Below, piece after piece: positions 12,001-25,013 of a DNA stretch of 64,000 nt. The notes beneath the pieces are model-generated. The model made no database searches. It was not told where the DNA came from and saw only the letters and a program-made list of their open reading frames with translations. Source of the stretch: Macrostomum lignano. Taxonomy: Eukaryota. Position numbers and translations under genes: made by a program. How positions within the stretch are numbered: the stretch's first letter is position 1; each line of letters starts with the position of its first letter. The stretch lies in the NCBI GenBank assembly GCA_002269645.1, contig NIVC01000527.1, forward strand, positions 310,001 through 374,000. Reading direction: 5' to 3'.

Positions 12001-14057
12001 TCAGTCGTTTCTCCTTCGTTTAGACTCAAGCAAATGGCTTCCTAAGGCAACAAGTTAAATGTTACACGAACTGTCAGAAGCTGATTCTCTCTTATAGTTT
12101 TGATAACATGATTAAAACGTCACTCAGGATCGAATCGGTAGCAAAAATTCAGCTGCTCCAAATCTAGCGTACTTCTACTTTGCTATGCTAAATTCATGGG
12201 TATCTGTTATAGTAGCTTGCCCCAATCGATCCAATACATGCATTGAACCAATGTTACGCCAGGCCTCAAAGTCGCTGCCTGCTGCAGGAGCTTCCAACGC
12301 TGCTCCGACGGGAAACCCGACCGATGCTGGCGATTCCGTTGACGGAGCTGAGAAGCTGAAGAGGAAAATGTAACGCTACACTATTGCATTTTACTGTTGC
12401 GAGTGTATAATTTTTAATAAACTTCTGCTTCCATTAGTATACATTTTTCATTAATTTCTCCACAGAACCGGCCTAAAGACTCTTTTTGAGGCTTACAAAG
12501 CAAATCCAAGTCTTGGGGACGCTTCAGTTGTGGAATCCGAGCTGCGTCAGGCCATGAGCGCGTCTGACCAGATCGGTGGTACGCTTATTAATCGACGGCA
12601 GCCCTTCCGTGACGAATTCGAAACCAATGAATTTGATGTCGACGCTGTCTACAGCACCGTTGACGAAAACGAGGAAAATCCGGTTGTAATACGGAACGGT
12701 AAATTATGCTTGGTTGTTGCTCCAGATGCCACTGTTGGCTAAGGGTAGATGCACTGCTGATATTGATACCGGATGCACTGACGTTAATCCCAAATGTACT
12801 GCTGATGTTGATATTGGATGCACTGACGTTAATCCCAAATGCATTATTGATGCTGACCCCGGATGCACTGACGTTAATCCCAAATGTACTGCTGATGTTG
12901 ATACTGGATGCACTGACGTTAATCCCAAATGCATTATTGATGCTGACCCCGGATGCACTGACGTTAATCCCAAATGTACTGCTGATGTTGATACTGGATG
13001 CACTGACGTTAATCCCAAATGCATTATTGATGCTGACCCCGGATGCACTGACGTTAATCCCAAATGTACTGCTGATGTTGATACTGGATGCACTGACGTT
13101 AATCCCAAATGCATTATTGATGCTGACCCCGGATGCACTGACGTTAATCCCAAATGTACTGCTGATGTTGATACCGGATGCACTGACGTTAATCCCAAAT
13201 GCACTATTGATGCTGATCCCGGATGCACTGACGTTAATCCCAAATGTACTGCTGATGTTGATACTGGATGCACTGACGTTAATCCCAAATGCATTATTGA
13301 TGCTGACCCCGGATGCACTGACGTTAATCCCAAATGTACTGCTGATGTTGATACCGGATGCACTGACGTTAATCCCAAATGCACTATTGATGCTGATCCC
13401 GGATGCACTGACGTTAATCCCAAATGTACTGCTGATGTTGATACTGGATGCACTGACGTTAATCCCAAATGCATTATTGATGCTGATCCCGGATGCACTG
13501 ATATTAATCCCGTACGCAATGCAGATGTTGATCCTGGGTGCACTGAGCTAGATCCCGGATTACATGGCCTGATATAGCTTTAATATAGCCAACTATATTA
13601 AAGCTGTATCAGTTCGTTATGTGATTTAATCTCAAAATACATCGTAGTTTCTAATTGACAAAAAATTGCAGACGCGAATAAAGCTGCCATACATGTAAGC
13701 TATGAAGCTCATGCTGCTATGTCACCTCCTGAGACTCCTGCGAGACCACCTCTTCCGGCGCCTGATGAGAGCCCGGCGCCTGATGAGAACCCTGCACCTG
13801 CAACAGCTGATCCAGGACGTCCTATGTCCATTGCGCCAGCAGTAGATGAGCCACCGGAGCCGGCCTATGACACAATTGTCTCGCTGCTTTACGACTTCAA
13901 AGACGACACCCAGTCCAGCGTCCTGTCAGTGACAGCTGGCGAGCAGGTCCTACTGCTCAGATTGGACGATGAATGGTCTCTAGTGTCTCGACTGGACAAG
14001 TCCGAGTCTGGCTACGTGCCAACCGCTTATATCTCTTTGGAGACGCCTTCCGAATAG
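9050..14057 (+). CDS. F-BAR + HR1 + SH3 membrane adaptor (nostrin/CIP4-TOCA-like), 8 coding exons, 527 aa
   Basis: Exons 9050-9079, 9401-9519, 9671-9730, 9933-10252, 11411-11739, 12263-12369, 12466-12698, 13672-14057, all GT-AG and phase-consistent (1584 nt). F-BAR FLKRRCKIEETYCKEL; HR1 GLKTLFEAYKANPSLGD; C-terminal SH3 (LLYDF...LSVTAGEQV...W...GYVPTAYI). Confidence 0.9.
12750..13560. repeat. 45-bp intronic minisatellite with 90-bp dimeric period
   Basis: ggatgcactgacgttaatcccaaatg(tactgctgatgttgatact / cattattgatgctgacccc) alternate, about 18 units, within intron 12699-13671. Confidence 0.93.
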
Positions 14058-14920
14058 AATGAAATCGAAATAATGGAGACTGCAGGACATCGGAGATCAA
14101 TAATGTTGTTTAATCATTGACCGTCATTAAATCTTGTTTCGAATTCACGAGCTCTGTTAAATTTTCTGTTAAAATATGATAGATTAAGAAGTAAAGAACC
14201 GGACGGGAATTTAAAGTCAGCTAGCAACGCTAGACTGCATGGGTGGCATCGGTCCTGGCAACAGTTGACCCGAAGTTATTAAGGAAGTAGCTGCACACAC
14301 CCACACAGATGTTTACGTATGCCCCGATTTTTCCTGATGGTCAGGCTCAACGTGTATTCTCCATGCCTTCATCAAATTGCGGACTTCCTTCCAAATTAAC
14401 GTGGCCAAGAATAGTGGCGAGGGTGTGTTGGAATCGAAATCTTTTTATTTATTTAGTAGATATTTGGATTACTTGATTGTTATTTCCGATAGAGTTTGCT
14501 TAGGACGCAATGTTCCTGATTAAATAACGGCACATTCACCAATACAAAAAACATATTTTTATAGATCGTACTAAGCAGAATATTAAGTTATTTTCAGCTC
14601 TTGAGCATTCTGTTTTTGGTTGTTCTTTCATGATTCGTGACGCCATTTTTAGCGACTTGTTAATATTCCAGAGCAGTGCATCCTTGTGCACCATTGTGAT
14701 ATATACATCTAACTGTCCTTTTGACACTATATACTTTAGAGTTGTGCTCTTCACATAGGCTCATAGTTTTTTAATCCTAATTATAACAGATATTTTTGCG
14801 TGTTTTATCTTTTTACATTCATTTTTAGCAGTATCGCTGATCAGCATAACGCATAAGCATAACGCAGCTCACTAAGTTTGAACGTGTGTCTTCTTTGTTG
14901 TACGAGTGACTAAACTTTTG

Positions 14921-15150
14921 TTATATACCCTCGTAGATACTCAAGCATCGATTTATTACCGAGTTCGCTTTTTTAAAAATAAAATTTGCCTCCATTTTAA
15001 AAGCTTGCTGTAATTTATCAATCAGAAAATTGTCGAAATGCATTTGTTTCATTTGGCCGAGCATTGAAGTAGGGTGGTCAGCGAAAATGGTTCTCCTACC
15101 TACAATGTCCCTATCCACGTGTCCTGTAAGGCTGGACTTTGGCCTAATTA
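14921..15150 (-). mobile_element. Possible GIY-YIG endonuclease C-terminal relic (Penelope-like)
   Basis: Minus ORF ends HFDNFLI...MEANFIFKKANSVINR, resembling the EA-x-I...NR tail of PLE endonucleases. No clean GIY-YIG motif. Confidence 0.3.
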
Positions 15151-15254
15151 CAATCTTCAAAAAGGGCCAAAATCGTAGCGGACCCAAAGACTATGCGTGA
15201 AAAGTGGCCGCAAGTTTTCGCGACCTAAATGCTGTTTACCTTAGTTATTCATGC

Positions 15255-17240
15255 CTGCTCGGTATGCATGTGGCTTCTTTTATCAGAAACAGAATACAAG
15301 TCTCAACGGGTGACAGACTGCAACACGATGGCCCCGCTGTCCATCCGATCCGACCATCGCCTGCTTTTCTGCAACCTTCGCACCCGGGACCCGCTCTACA
15401 AGCCTCCCAAGCGACCCCCACGCCGCTACTACAGGGCACTGTGAGACTCCAGTACCCGCGGCAAGTTTGTCTCGGCGTTCGCCGCCGCACTGGGAGAGTC
15501 CGCGAGCACCGGCAACTATTCTGAAATAAGCGCGGCAGTGGCGACAGCCTCTAGCAAGACGCTGCCACTGATGCAACCTGCAGTCTGTAGTCTCCCGGTC
15601 TGGGCGAATGACAAAGGAGGTTCAGGAGGCGAGGCGGACAGTCGATAGGCTGCGACGGACCAGGCGACCGACGGCCGAGGCCGAGAAAGCCCTGACAGAC
15701 GCCTACACCAGGCGGCAGCAAGCCGCTGTTGACGATGCCATCCAAAGCGTCACCTCGGCGGGGCTCGACCAACGGAATCGGCTCGTCTGGCCCACAATCA
15801 ACGCCCCGACTGGCGCAAGAAGAAAACGGCGCTGAACTTGACCGGCGATACACCAGAGGCGCGCAGAAACGAACTGCGCGACTTCTTCGCTGATATTGTC
15901 AACTCGCCGCCACCGCCTCTGCCGGAAGCGATGCTATTGCCACTCGAGACAACGCTGCCGTCGCAGGAGGATTTCAGCACTCAGCCAGTGACCAGCAACG
16001 ACGTAGTGCAGTTCGCTCGCCAGGCGCCGGGAGTTTGCGCCCCCGGACTAGACGAGGTGCCTATCGAGGCGCTGCGAGTCATGAGGGTCGACACTGAGGT
16101 GGCCTGCGTGATGAACAATGTCCTCTCTGGAGGTGCCGCGCCCGCGAGAGGATAAACGCGCACATCGTTGCGATTACGAAGAAGCTAGGCACGATACGGA
16201 AGGAGGAGCACAGGGGGATCTCGCCGCGTCCTGCGCCGCGAAGCTGTTCAACCGCGTGCTGCCAGCTCGGTTGCAGCCTGTGCTGGACCAGTTTCTGCGC
16301 CCTGAGCAGAACGGGTTCCGCCCACATCGCAGTACAGTGACGCACATCCTGGCCCTCTGCCGCCATCATCGAAGAGGCGCGCATCCATCAGTCAAGTTTC
16401 GTGGTGATCTTCATTGACTCCCTCAAGGCTTTTGACTCGTTGGTTCGCGGCGCGCTGCCTCTCGTGCTTCACGCGTACAATGTACTGAAGCAACTGATTT
16501 CCACCGTCATGGCGATGTACCAGGACACGACCACTTCGGTGATGACGCCAGATGGACTGTCGGACCATTTCAGCACGTCGTGTGCTAGCATTGGATTGGG
16601 TGCTGAGGACCGGCCTGCCCGACCCGGATGACGGTTTCCAGCTGAGAAGACGCACGAGTCGGCGGCACCCGGAGAAGCGGCTCTCCGTTCCCGGCTACGC
16701 GGACGACCTCGCGCTGCTGTCATAGACGGCTGAAGGCGCCCAGTGGCTGCTGGATGGCCCGACGGCGGCAGCATCGCGAGTCGGCCTCATGCTGAACGCG
16801 CGGAAGACGGTGGTCTTCACGGTGACCTCCAACCTGCCTGCCGAGATCAACTGCCGAGACGCTGCCGGGGAGGCAATCATGCTTACCCGTTGCCAGCGGT
16901 TCCTGTACCTCGGCGGCCTCGTGCCGGACGTTGCCGACGACCTGGTGAGACGACGAGGACTGGCCTGGGCCGCGTTTCGTTCTGTGCGCTTCATACTTAA
17001 TTCTGAGGTCCTGGATGATGAGCTCAGGGCTCGGCTGTTTCAGGCAGTCGTTGAGACTGTCCTGTTGTAAAACGCCGAGACCTGGACCCTGACGGTTGCT
17101 TTGGAGAGGCAGCTGGACGCTACACATGCGGCCATGCTGCTTGCGGCGTTCGGAGTACGCAGCGGTCCAGGCAGCGAGACCAACGCCGCGCTCTACGCAA
17201 GGGCGCGCCTGATGCGGCCTCTGACCTGCCGCGCGGGTGA
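15255..17240 (+). mobile_element. Decayed non-LTR retrotransposon (RTE-like), endonuclease C-terminus plus reverse transcriptase
   Basis: SDHRLL endonuclease motif; APGLDEVPIEAL; LRPEQNGFRPHRST; FIDSLKAFDS; GYADDLALL at ~16693-16719; LNARKT; FLYLGG; RARLFQAVVETVLL*NAETWTL. Multiple frameshifts; the GVxQG segment appears deleted. Confidence 0.9.
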
Positions 17241-18322
17241 TGACTTCGACTTCGTATGGCACATACTTGTTGCGATGAGTGAGAGATCTTTTGTTTATGT
17301 ATTCCTTTGACCAGAATAGCTATAGTCTAAAGTATATACTGAGATCGCCAAGACCAGCGAGAGTATCGAGTTAGCTACATCTAAGGCGAAATCGCCTAAT
17401 TACTCGTTGGCGCAGCCTCCACTGACTGTACGTGTAGCTAAATGTACTGTAAGACATGCAAGGTCGTTTTGATGAAAAATGGAAAATTCAGTGAGTGGTC
17501 ATTTCCTGGATGGAAAACCCACAAAGAATTGCTATTTTATGTCTGAACTAAAATCTACAATTTTTTTAGATTTCCGTCGGAAGATATCTAGGAAAAATTG
17601 CAACGAACATGTGTTATTTTTGTATACGTAACTGTACGTTTTACTGTACAGTTTATTAAATGCGAATATCCGTGTGAGCTTTGTGCCTTTACAGTATTTT
17701 TTTAATTTTTATTGCAAATTGAATTACAAACCGGAACTGCAACTAGAATATTTCGATGATGAACTCTCACAACGATCTGCACAAAATTAGATTGGCACAT
17801 TTTAAGAGCAAATAAACAAAACAAACTTAAATCCTACTTACTAGTTTTTGCATTACCTTTTAAACATCTACTAGGTGTCAACGCTAAATGATTTTTGTAT
17901 CCAAGATGAAACTATGCTTGTTACCGAAACGAGATGTCACCACAGGGCCTAGTATTGTCACCGAAGTGAATTTTGCTTGTAACTGAAGTGACTGTCACCA
18001 AAACGACTGTGTATGTAATCCTTAACCCCTGTAAGAAACATGACCTATAATTGCGGAAGCGCCTTTAGGCCGTAAAGCAAATGAATCGATTCTCCCTAGG
18101 TTATTACTCGAGATTTAAGCCATAAACTCCAATGGGGGCGATAAAAATAGTACTCAGCTCATCGCAGTAAATTGCAGACGGTAGCTCGTATGTGCAACAG
18201 TTGTTTCAACATTCGAAATTAACATATAAATTATCTAGCTTACTTATCTAGCCAGTGTCGAGCACAGACGGTGTCATTGATTAGTTATTAATAATTAGCC
18301 AAGTCCAACGTGAAGTGTTCAG

Positions 18323-21272
18323 ATGAATAATCGATCGGAAGAGCAGACTGAGACATTATTGGACAAGTGCGGCGACCTTTTGATTTCCCAGAGCCAGCAG
18401 TTGCAGCAGATGTTGCAGCAACAGCGACAGTCGTCTGAAGCCGCCTCATCTGCAGCTGGTTTATCAAGAAAGCTTTGCTCGGCTCTGCTCATTTTGGAGC
18501 TGCACAGCAACTACAGTGGCCGATTGTTCGACCTACTCAAGTCTGAGCTGCTCACAGCGCTTAACCTTGAATTAAATACGCTTAGAAATATCGACGTATC
18601 TAGCCTGGATTACCGCGAGGCAACGAGACTGCTCAAGGACTTGTGCCTGCGCAGCAAGGCCATGTCGCACGACGTCATCAAGGGCAGTCGGGATCTTTTG
18701 AAGGCATTCAAAACTGTTCAGCGATCGGACAGACGACCACGCAGCAGCAGCGCCTTGAGCCGGGTGCGGGACCTGGCCATGGCCCCGAGTAAGTGTCGTT
18801 CAAACTCCCGGTCAGGCCGTCAAACGGCTACCGCTTCAAGTCGAGACGCAACGGGTACTAGCAAAGCCGACAGGCCTATGGCTCAGAAGCCAATGATGGT
18901 CAAATCATTTGCTCTGTTTGGTTTGAAAAAGAGCCTTACAGATCGTCTACCTAAGCAGCTGCCACCACTGCCTCCTGCTACCGCCTCTACCCCAGTGCCC
19001 GCTTCTTCAAGCCTGCCTGCGGCTCGGAAGCCAAAGGCATCCAAGTCAGTCACTCTGATCAATCTGGCGAGGAGTCACTCGTACCTTTCGCCAAAGTCGT
19101 CGAAACCGTCGCTGCCACCGCCTGTCGCAGACGCCTCAGATTCCAAGGGTCCAGTGCCTCCACGGCGAAGCAGTTCCCTAAACTCCATGCCACCCGATCT
19201 GCAGCTAATTCTACAGCGACACCGTCAGCTGCATCAGCCGCAGTTTCAGTCATCGCAGCGGAGATTGGCTGAGCCAAGAATTGGTCGCGAAACTGCCTGT
19301 TTTCCTTGCTTGAAAATCGCAACTACAATGGAGCAACAACGTACAGTTGGACCGACCATCTTGCAACAGCAGCAGAGCGAAGCGCATAAGCCAGGGTCAT
19401 TAAAGGCATCCGTGAGTACTGAAGGCACAACTCAGCTGCTGCCCAGCGAGACATCCGGCTCTCCGAATTTGGTTGGCGATTCGAAACGGATTCCGGACAA
19501 AGTTGAAACCATTTCCGACACGGCCACTAAAGTGTCTGAGCTGGATGGCGCCTGGAATGGCTTCTACAGCAGCACCAGCGCCAACTTATCCGAGTTGGAC
19601 TGCACCGAATCGGCTGCGGTGCGCAATCAGATAGCGCCGAGGTGAGTGGGAGTCTTGGGCTTGAGAATTCTAGCTACATCGATTTGCACTTTAAAATAAA
19701 CAGTGTACAAAATTTGTGACTCAATAATCTCAACTCATTATTGGTGATTCACTCCCGATGCAGTGTCTGTGATTCACTCTCGACCCAGTGTCTGTGATTC
19801 ACTCCCGATGCAGTGTCTGTGATTCATCCTCGACCCAGTGTCTGTGATTCACTCTCAGTGCAGTATCTGTGATTCACTCTCGATGCAGTGTCTGTGATTC
19901 ACTCTCAATGCAGTATCTGTGATTCACTCTCGATGCAGTGTCTGTGATTCACTCCCGATGCAGTGTCTGTGATTCACTCTCAATGCAGTATCTGTGATTC
20001 ACTCTCGATGCAGTGTCTGTGATTCACTCTCAATGCAGTATCTGTGATTCACTCTCGATGCAGTGTCTGTGATTCACTCTCAAGGCAGTATCTGTGATTC
20101 ACTCTCGATGCAGTGTCTGTGATTCACTCTCAATGCAGTATCTGTGATTCACTCTCGATGCAGTGTCTGTGATTCACTCTCAATGCAGTATCTGTGATTC
20201 ACTCTCGATGCAGTGTCTGTGATTCACTCTCAATGCAGTATCTGTGATTCACTCTCGATGCAGTGTCTGTGATTCACTCTTGATGCAGTGTCTGTGATTC
20301 ACTCTCAATGCAGTGTCTGTGATTCACTCTCAATGCAGTGTCTGTGATTCACTCTCGACCCAGTGTCTGTGATTCACTCTCAATGCAGTATCTGTGATTC
20401 ACTCTCGATGCAGTATCTGTGATTCACTCTCGATGCAGTGTCTGTGATTCACTCTCAATGCAGAGTCTGTTATTCACTCTCAATGCAGTGTCTGTGATTC
20501 ACTCTCAATGCAGTGTCTGTGATTCACTCTCAATGCAGTGTCTGTGATTCACTCTCGACCCAGTGTCTGTGATTCACTCTCAATGCAGAGTCTGTGATTC
20601 ACTCTTAACCCAGTCCGCTATTCGCTCAATTCTGCTCATTTTAACTCTCAATCAAGAGTGGTCATTCACTCTCAGTCTATATTCAAGGATCGATTATCCA
20701 TCCTTTGTCCGCGATTACATGTATTCAGTGTCAGTATCAATCCAGTGTTCAGAGATTCAGTGTCAATCTACGCATAGTTTGTGTTTTTGCTAGACGACAA
20801 AAATTTCTATTAAAGTGTATTGATTATCCCGTCCTCATGTTTTAGCTTACGTGTTTCCATGTCTTGCAGAAGCAGCCCACAGCAAGACGCGACCATAGTT
20901 GATTCTACAGCTGTCCCTGCAGAATCGAAAGCCTGCATTCAAAAGCTCCACCAACTCCAGAGGCTGCCAGCCGATGATGAAGCAGCTCAGAGCCAACCAG
21001 TTCCGGTCTTGGTAAGGCGTCAAAGGCGCCGCCGGCCTAGGCGAACTCATCCGTCTCTGATCAGCGGCGGTAAGCCAGCTGCAACTACGGCAGTTGCCAG
21101 CAGACCCAGAAAGTTTTCGGAGGCGCCACCGACAACAAGGAGAAGCGGCATCGGCAGCGGCTTCAGTGGCGACGACGAGTCAAGCAGGACGCAGTCGGCG
21201 AGTCAAAAGCGTCGGCCGTGCAGCGGCAACGTCAGATACTTGGCTAGCGACGTCTTGGAGACGGATATTTAG
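18323..21272 (+). CDS. Two-exon S/P/R/Q-rich protein of unknown function, 573 aa (upstream exon possible)
   Basis: Exon 18323-19641 (440-codon ORF, donor AG|gtgagt) spliced in phase 2 to 20870-21272 (ttgcag|A...TAG). ATG directly follows a ttcag acceptor. Confidence 0.7.
19744..20610. repeat. 25-bp intronic minisatellite (gcagtgtctgtgattcactctcaat)
   Basis: About 34 tandem units in intron 19642-20869. Confidence 0.93.
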
Positions 21273-21499
21273 GCCAATCCAATAATCCGTAGAGATACTC
21301 GTATCTAGAGGGATTACTCAAAGCTAAATTTATCTATTGTACATAGGAGCGCATTGCTTTAGCGTGAAGTAATCATTTAAATAGTTAAGAACAAAAGAAC
21401 AGCTGCAGACTCAAAGCACAATAGGCCACGGTCGATAATTAGAATCGTTCCAATGGTACAAACTGTTCAGAGCGGTAAAACGACAGAAAATGGGTAGAT

Positions 21500-21693
21500 C
21501 TGGGGTTGGAAAACTTTTTTACCACAAGGGCCAGATAAAGAGGAGAGAAGAGAGGAAGGGAGAGAGAGGAGAGAGGAGAGGAGAGAGAAAAGAGAGCTTA
21601 AAAGTTGAGACACTGAACCTAAGGGGGCCGGATTGCTATTGTGAAGTTTCAAAGGACCCGGGGGCTTCGCGAGGCGGAGTTTGCCGACCCCTG
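21500..21693. mobile_element. Short hAT-type MITE (CAGGGGTCGGCAA family)
   Basis: Left end ctggggttggaaact, right end agtttgccgacccctg; 8-bp flanks gggtagat / tggtagat. Confidence 0.7.
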
Positions 21694-22064
21694 TGGTAGA
21701 TACGAGCTAAAAACAAAATGCTCAAGCACATCGATAAGAGTTTCAAGTCTAAAAATGACACTTCACCTAAAGATTCGTCGAATTTTAATAATTAGTTTTT
21801 GACACGCAGATTTTAATGTTTGCATAGATGAATTTTATTTTGTGGCTTCTGTGTACTTTCGTTATTTTTATTTCGTTCCTACAGTACGTACAGCTGTTTC
21901 TAATTCGCATCTAATTTTGCTACATAGACTTTAGAGTATTGTACAGAGTCATACCGTAACCTTGCGCAGCATTTTAATGGAAAACTAAACGCATCATTTT
22001 ACTTAGATGTAATATATGAACTAGCCAATACTGTATAGATTATCGAGGGAATCTCAGTGGTCAA

Positions 22065-23405
22065 TGTTTGAACTCGAACGCAGACACAAAAATGCACTGT
22101 GTTTGAAGACGGCTTCGTATATTTCAAGTTCGGCATGCGCAGTTAGCTAGCGAAATCGACATCAGCTTTTCGCGTGAAGACGATTGTCGATATGGACTTA
22201 GTTATTACGTGACCCGGGCTGCACGAAAACACCTGTGCAACCCTTGGGCTCTGGCGCTGAAGGGTACAACCACCAGGCCTCATCCTCTAGACTTTGTCCT
22301 CTAGACTAGATCCCATTATCTAGACAGTGGGCCACTAACGAGACGAGACTTTTGGTCTGTAACAGACGAAGGTTCTTGAACCCAGCTGTACTACGAGTAG
22401 AAATGGCCGATTAAGGGACTCTATGCGAGGCATACAAGGACAGCCTAGTCAGTGCTGGAAACGAGGACTTTTGCATAGGGGGATATTTTAGCTGGTGAGC
22501 GATTTTAGACTACAATTCCCTCCTAAGCCCCAGGATCCCAAGGATGGATAGTAGGTAACGCCATTTTGATGTCTTTTCGCCTAGATGGGTTTGGTGCGGC
22601 AGGGGGTGGTGACGGGCAGGGCTGTTCGGCGCGGTGGTCCTCGGATGGTCAAGGCGACGGCTGCAGTCACGGACGATCCGGAAGTCTCGGATTGGGGTGG
22701 GTGTTAGGGAAAGTCACAAACGATAGGAAAGGACAGTTAGCGGGGGGAGATCCTGAGGATCTTGGGGCAAACAACATATTTAGAGGCGATTGACTTTGTC
22801 ATAGAGAGAGATCGCCGCCGATTCGGGTGCTGAGTCTCCCGAGGAAGGTTCGGTCTCACGAGAAAGCAGAACAACGCAAGGAACCGAAAACCAGAGTGTG
22901 ATGTGCAGGGCAAGAAGACGTACGCCCGAAAGCAGCAGAGTGTAAAGTAAAGTTGCCTCTCAGGGCAAAAAAAACTAACTAAAATAAGTAATAAGGCGCC
23001 AAAAAAACAGGCTCCTATTTATAGCCCTGAGATCATGCGTCACGCGACCACGTGAGCGTGATGCGTGACATTGAAGGCTGTGACCTGTCCTTGACCTCCG
23101 TTACCAAGCAACAATTGATTGGACAAGAAATTGGGGTTGGGGCGCAGCGGAGAAAAATGATTTATGATGGGGGTTATCTAACAGGCGGGAAAATGCTTGG
23201 AGAGATAGGGGTCATAAAGCTGTCACATGCATGATTGATTTCGAACATAAGAAAGGAGGTGGGGTTGGTGCGCGGGGAGTGGGTGAGCGATAAACATAAG
23301 TTGTTCGAAACATTGGGATGAGTCATCAGGGGAGCACAGCACAAGAATCACATGGAGGAAGGGAGGATGCACAAAGATTAGTGGGGGTTCCAAGACGTGC
23401 CTACA
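22065..23405 (-). mobile_element. Possible solo LTR or LTR-like promoter block, minus orientation
   Basis: TG...CA with TCAA on both flanks (could be chance); minus-strand TATAAATA at 23016-23023; CACGTG and AP-1 (23319-23325) motifs upstream of it, similar in layout to the LTR at 24104. Confidence 0.3.
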
Positions 23406-24103
23406 TCAATTGGCTGTTGTTGGACTGTTCATTGCCCAGTACTCGTGGATCCACTCATCTGGTCTGCATATGCAGTGGTTTGGCTGCAATTCGTCATCTG
23501 CGGATTCGCTATAGGTTTGAGAATGGATACGCTCGTATATGAATGCTTCATAGATGGCAAATTCGACAGCACCCTTGTAATATTGAATGCCCCTAGGCCC
23601 TTAGTGGTCCCCTTAGCCATTTTTTAGTGGGTTAATAGGATTCGGACCATCGGTTCATGGACATTTCATCAACCGGCATTTCATCAACCGGCATTTCATC
23701 AACCGGCATTTCATCAACCGGCATTTCGTCAACCAGACATTACTCGGCAAATTGATTAGCTGCACCAGCAAGAGAAGTGAAACTTGTTTAAAACATACAT
23801 GTACACTCCTTGGAAGTAACTTTTCGTAGAAATGATCGGTCCTCATGCAGTGTCGGGCATCAAAGGGCATCAAGGACGGCGAGGACGGACTCGACTGCGA
23901 TAGCTGCAGGAAATGATTTCACTGTGCCCGCAACATTGGTGCGATACTTTCAGCATTCTTTAAATTGGACTGTGAGGTGCTGCCTCCAAACTTTCTGATC
24001 AGTGACATCAGAGTACCAGACATCTCGCGGCGGCATCTGCTGTTCGCAAACCCCGACCAACTGTCAGTGCTGCGAGCCGCGATTCGCTTGTTTCTCGATG
24101 ATA

Positions 24104-25013
24104 TGTAGTGACTGGCTGCTAACTGGCTATTCAGCAGCATTCACTAGCTTTCCTTAAGAGTGCTGTGATCCGCTGCACAGTATCTCAGTCCACCTGAGCT
24201 AGTGAGAGAGTTACCCTGTGCTGGGCCTAAGTGTTTACTGCCCGATGACTCATCGCCTGAGCGGGCGCGGGCAGCCACACTCAATGTCTTCCCACTCGCG
24301 CTGAGGAGGCGTAGCAGGATGACTCATCACCTGCGCGGAGTGTAAGGGCTGCCAGAGGGAGTAAACAGGATGACTCATCCGCCCAAGTTCTATTTTTAGC
24401 ACAGACTAAGCACGTGACTGTGCACGCACACTGTGCGTGGCCACTGACCTTGAGTCACGCCACTGCTGCGTGACAGGGTTGCCTTATTTGGAAGTTGGCC
24501 TTGAATCACGCGTCGTTCGCATGATTTCAATGCCCAAATAAGGAAGTTTCACGCGCTCACCGCATGAAACTCACGTGACTTTTGGGGTCCGCTCGGCTAT
24601 AAATACGGAGCATCTGCGAGCCATTTTTCTCCAGACTGTGTCGTCTCGCGGAGCATTGTGGCTAACTCGTGAAGCCTCTGCCTCCGAGCTCTCCTCTCTC
24701 ATTTCAGGTTTTACAGGTTTTCAGGTCCGAGCAGCATTCAACTAAGACGATCGACTGTCGAGACATTTTCAGATTTGGCCTTTGCTCCGAGTGTCTTCGT
24801 TAATTTTATTTCAGGTGACGGATAGACAACTCTGCCGACGCGTCGAGTCCGCACACCAAGGTGGCAGCAACCCTACCAAGTCAAGGCTAACGTTTTAGGT
24901 TCATTTTCAGGCAAATCGATAGGTAGTACTGCGGTGCTATCTAGCTTCTTCAGGAGCAGCGGGTTCTATTTTCTAGGAACATCTTCGAGAACCCGAGAAG
25001 GAGAAGTACTTCA
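24104..25013 (+). mobile_element. Solo LTR, 910 bp, 4-bp TSD (Gypsy-like)
   Basis: Starts TGTAGT, ends ACTTCA; GATA duplicated at 24100-24103 and 25014-25017; removing it restores the MULE frame FLDDTF. TATAAAT at 24598-24604. Confidence 0.85.
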
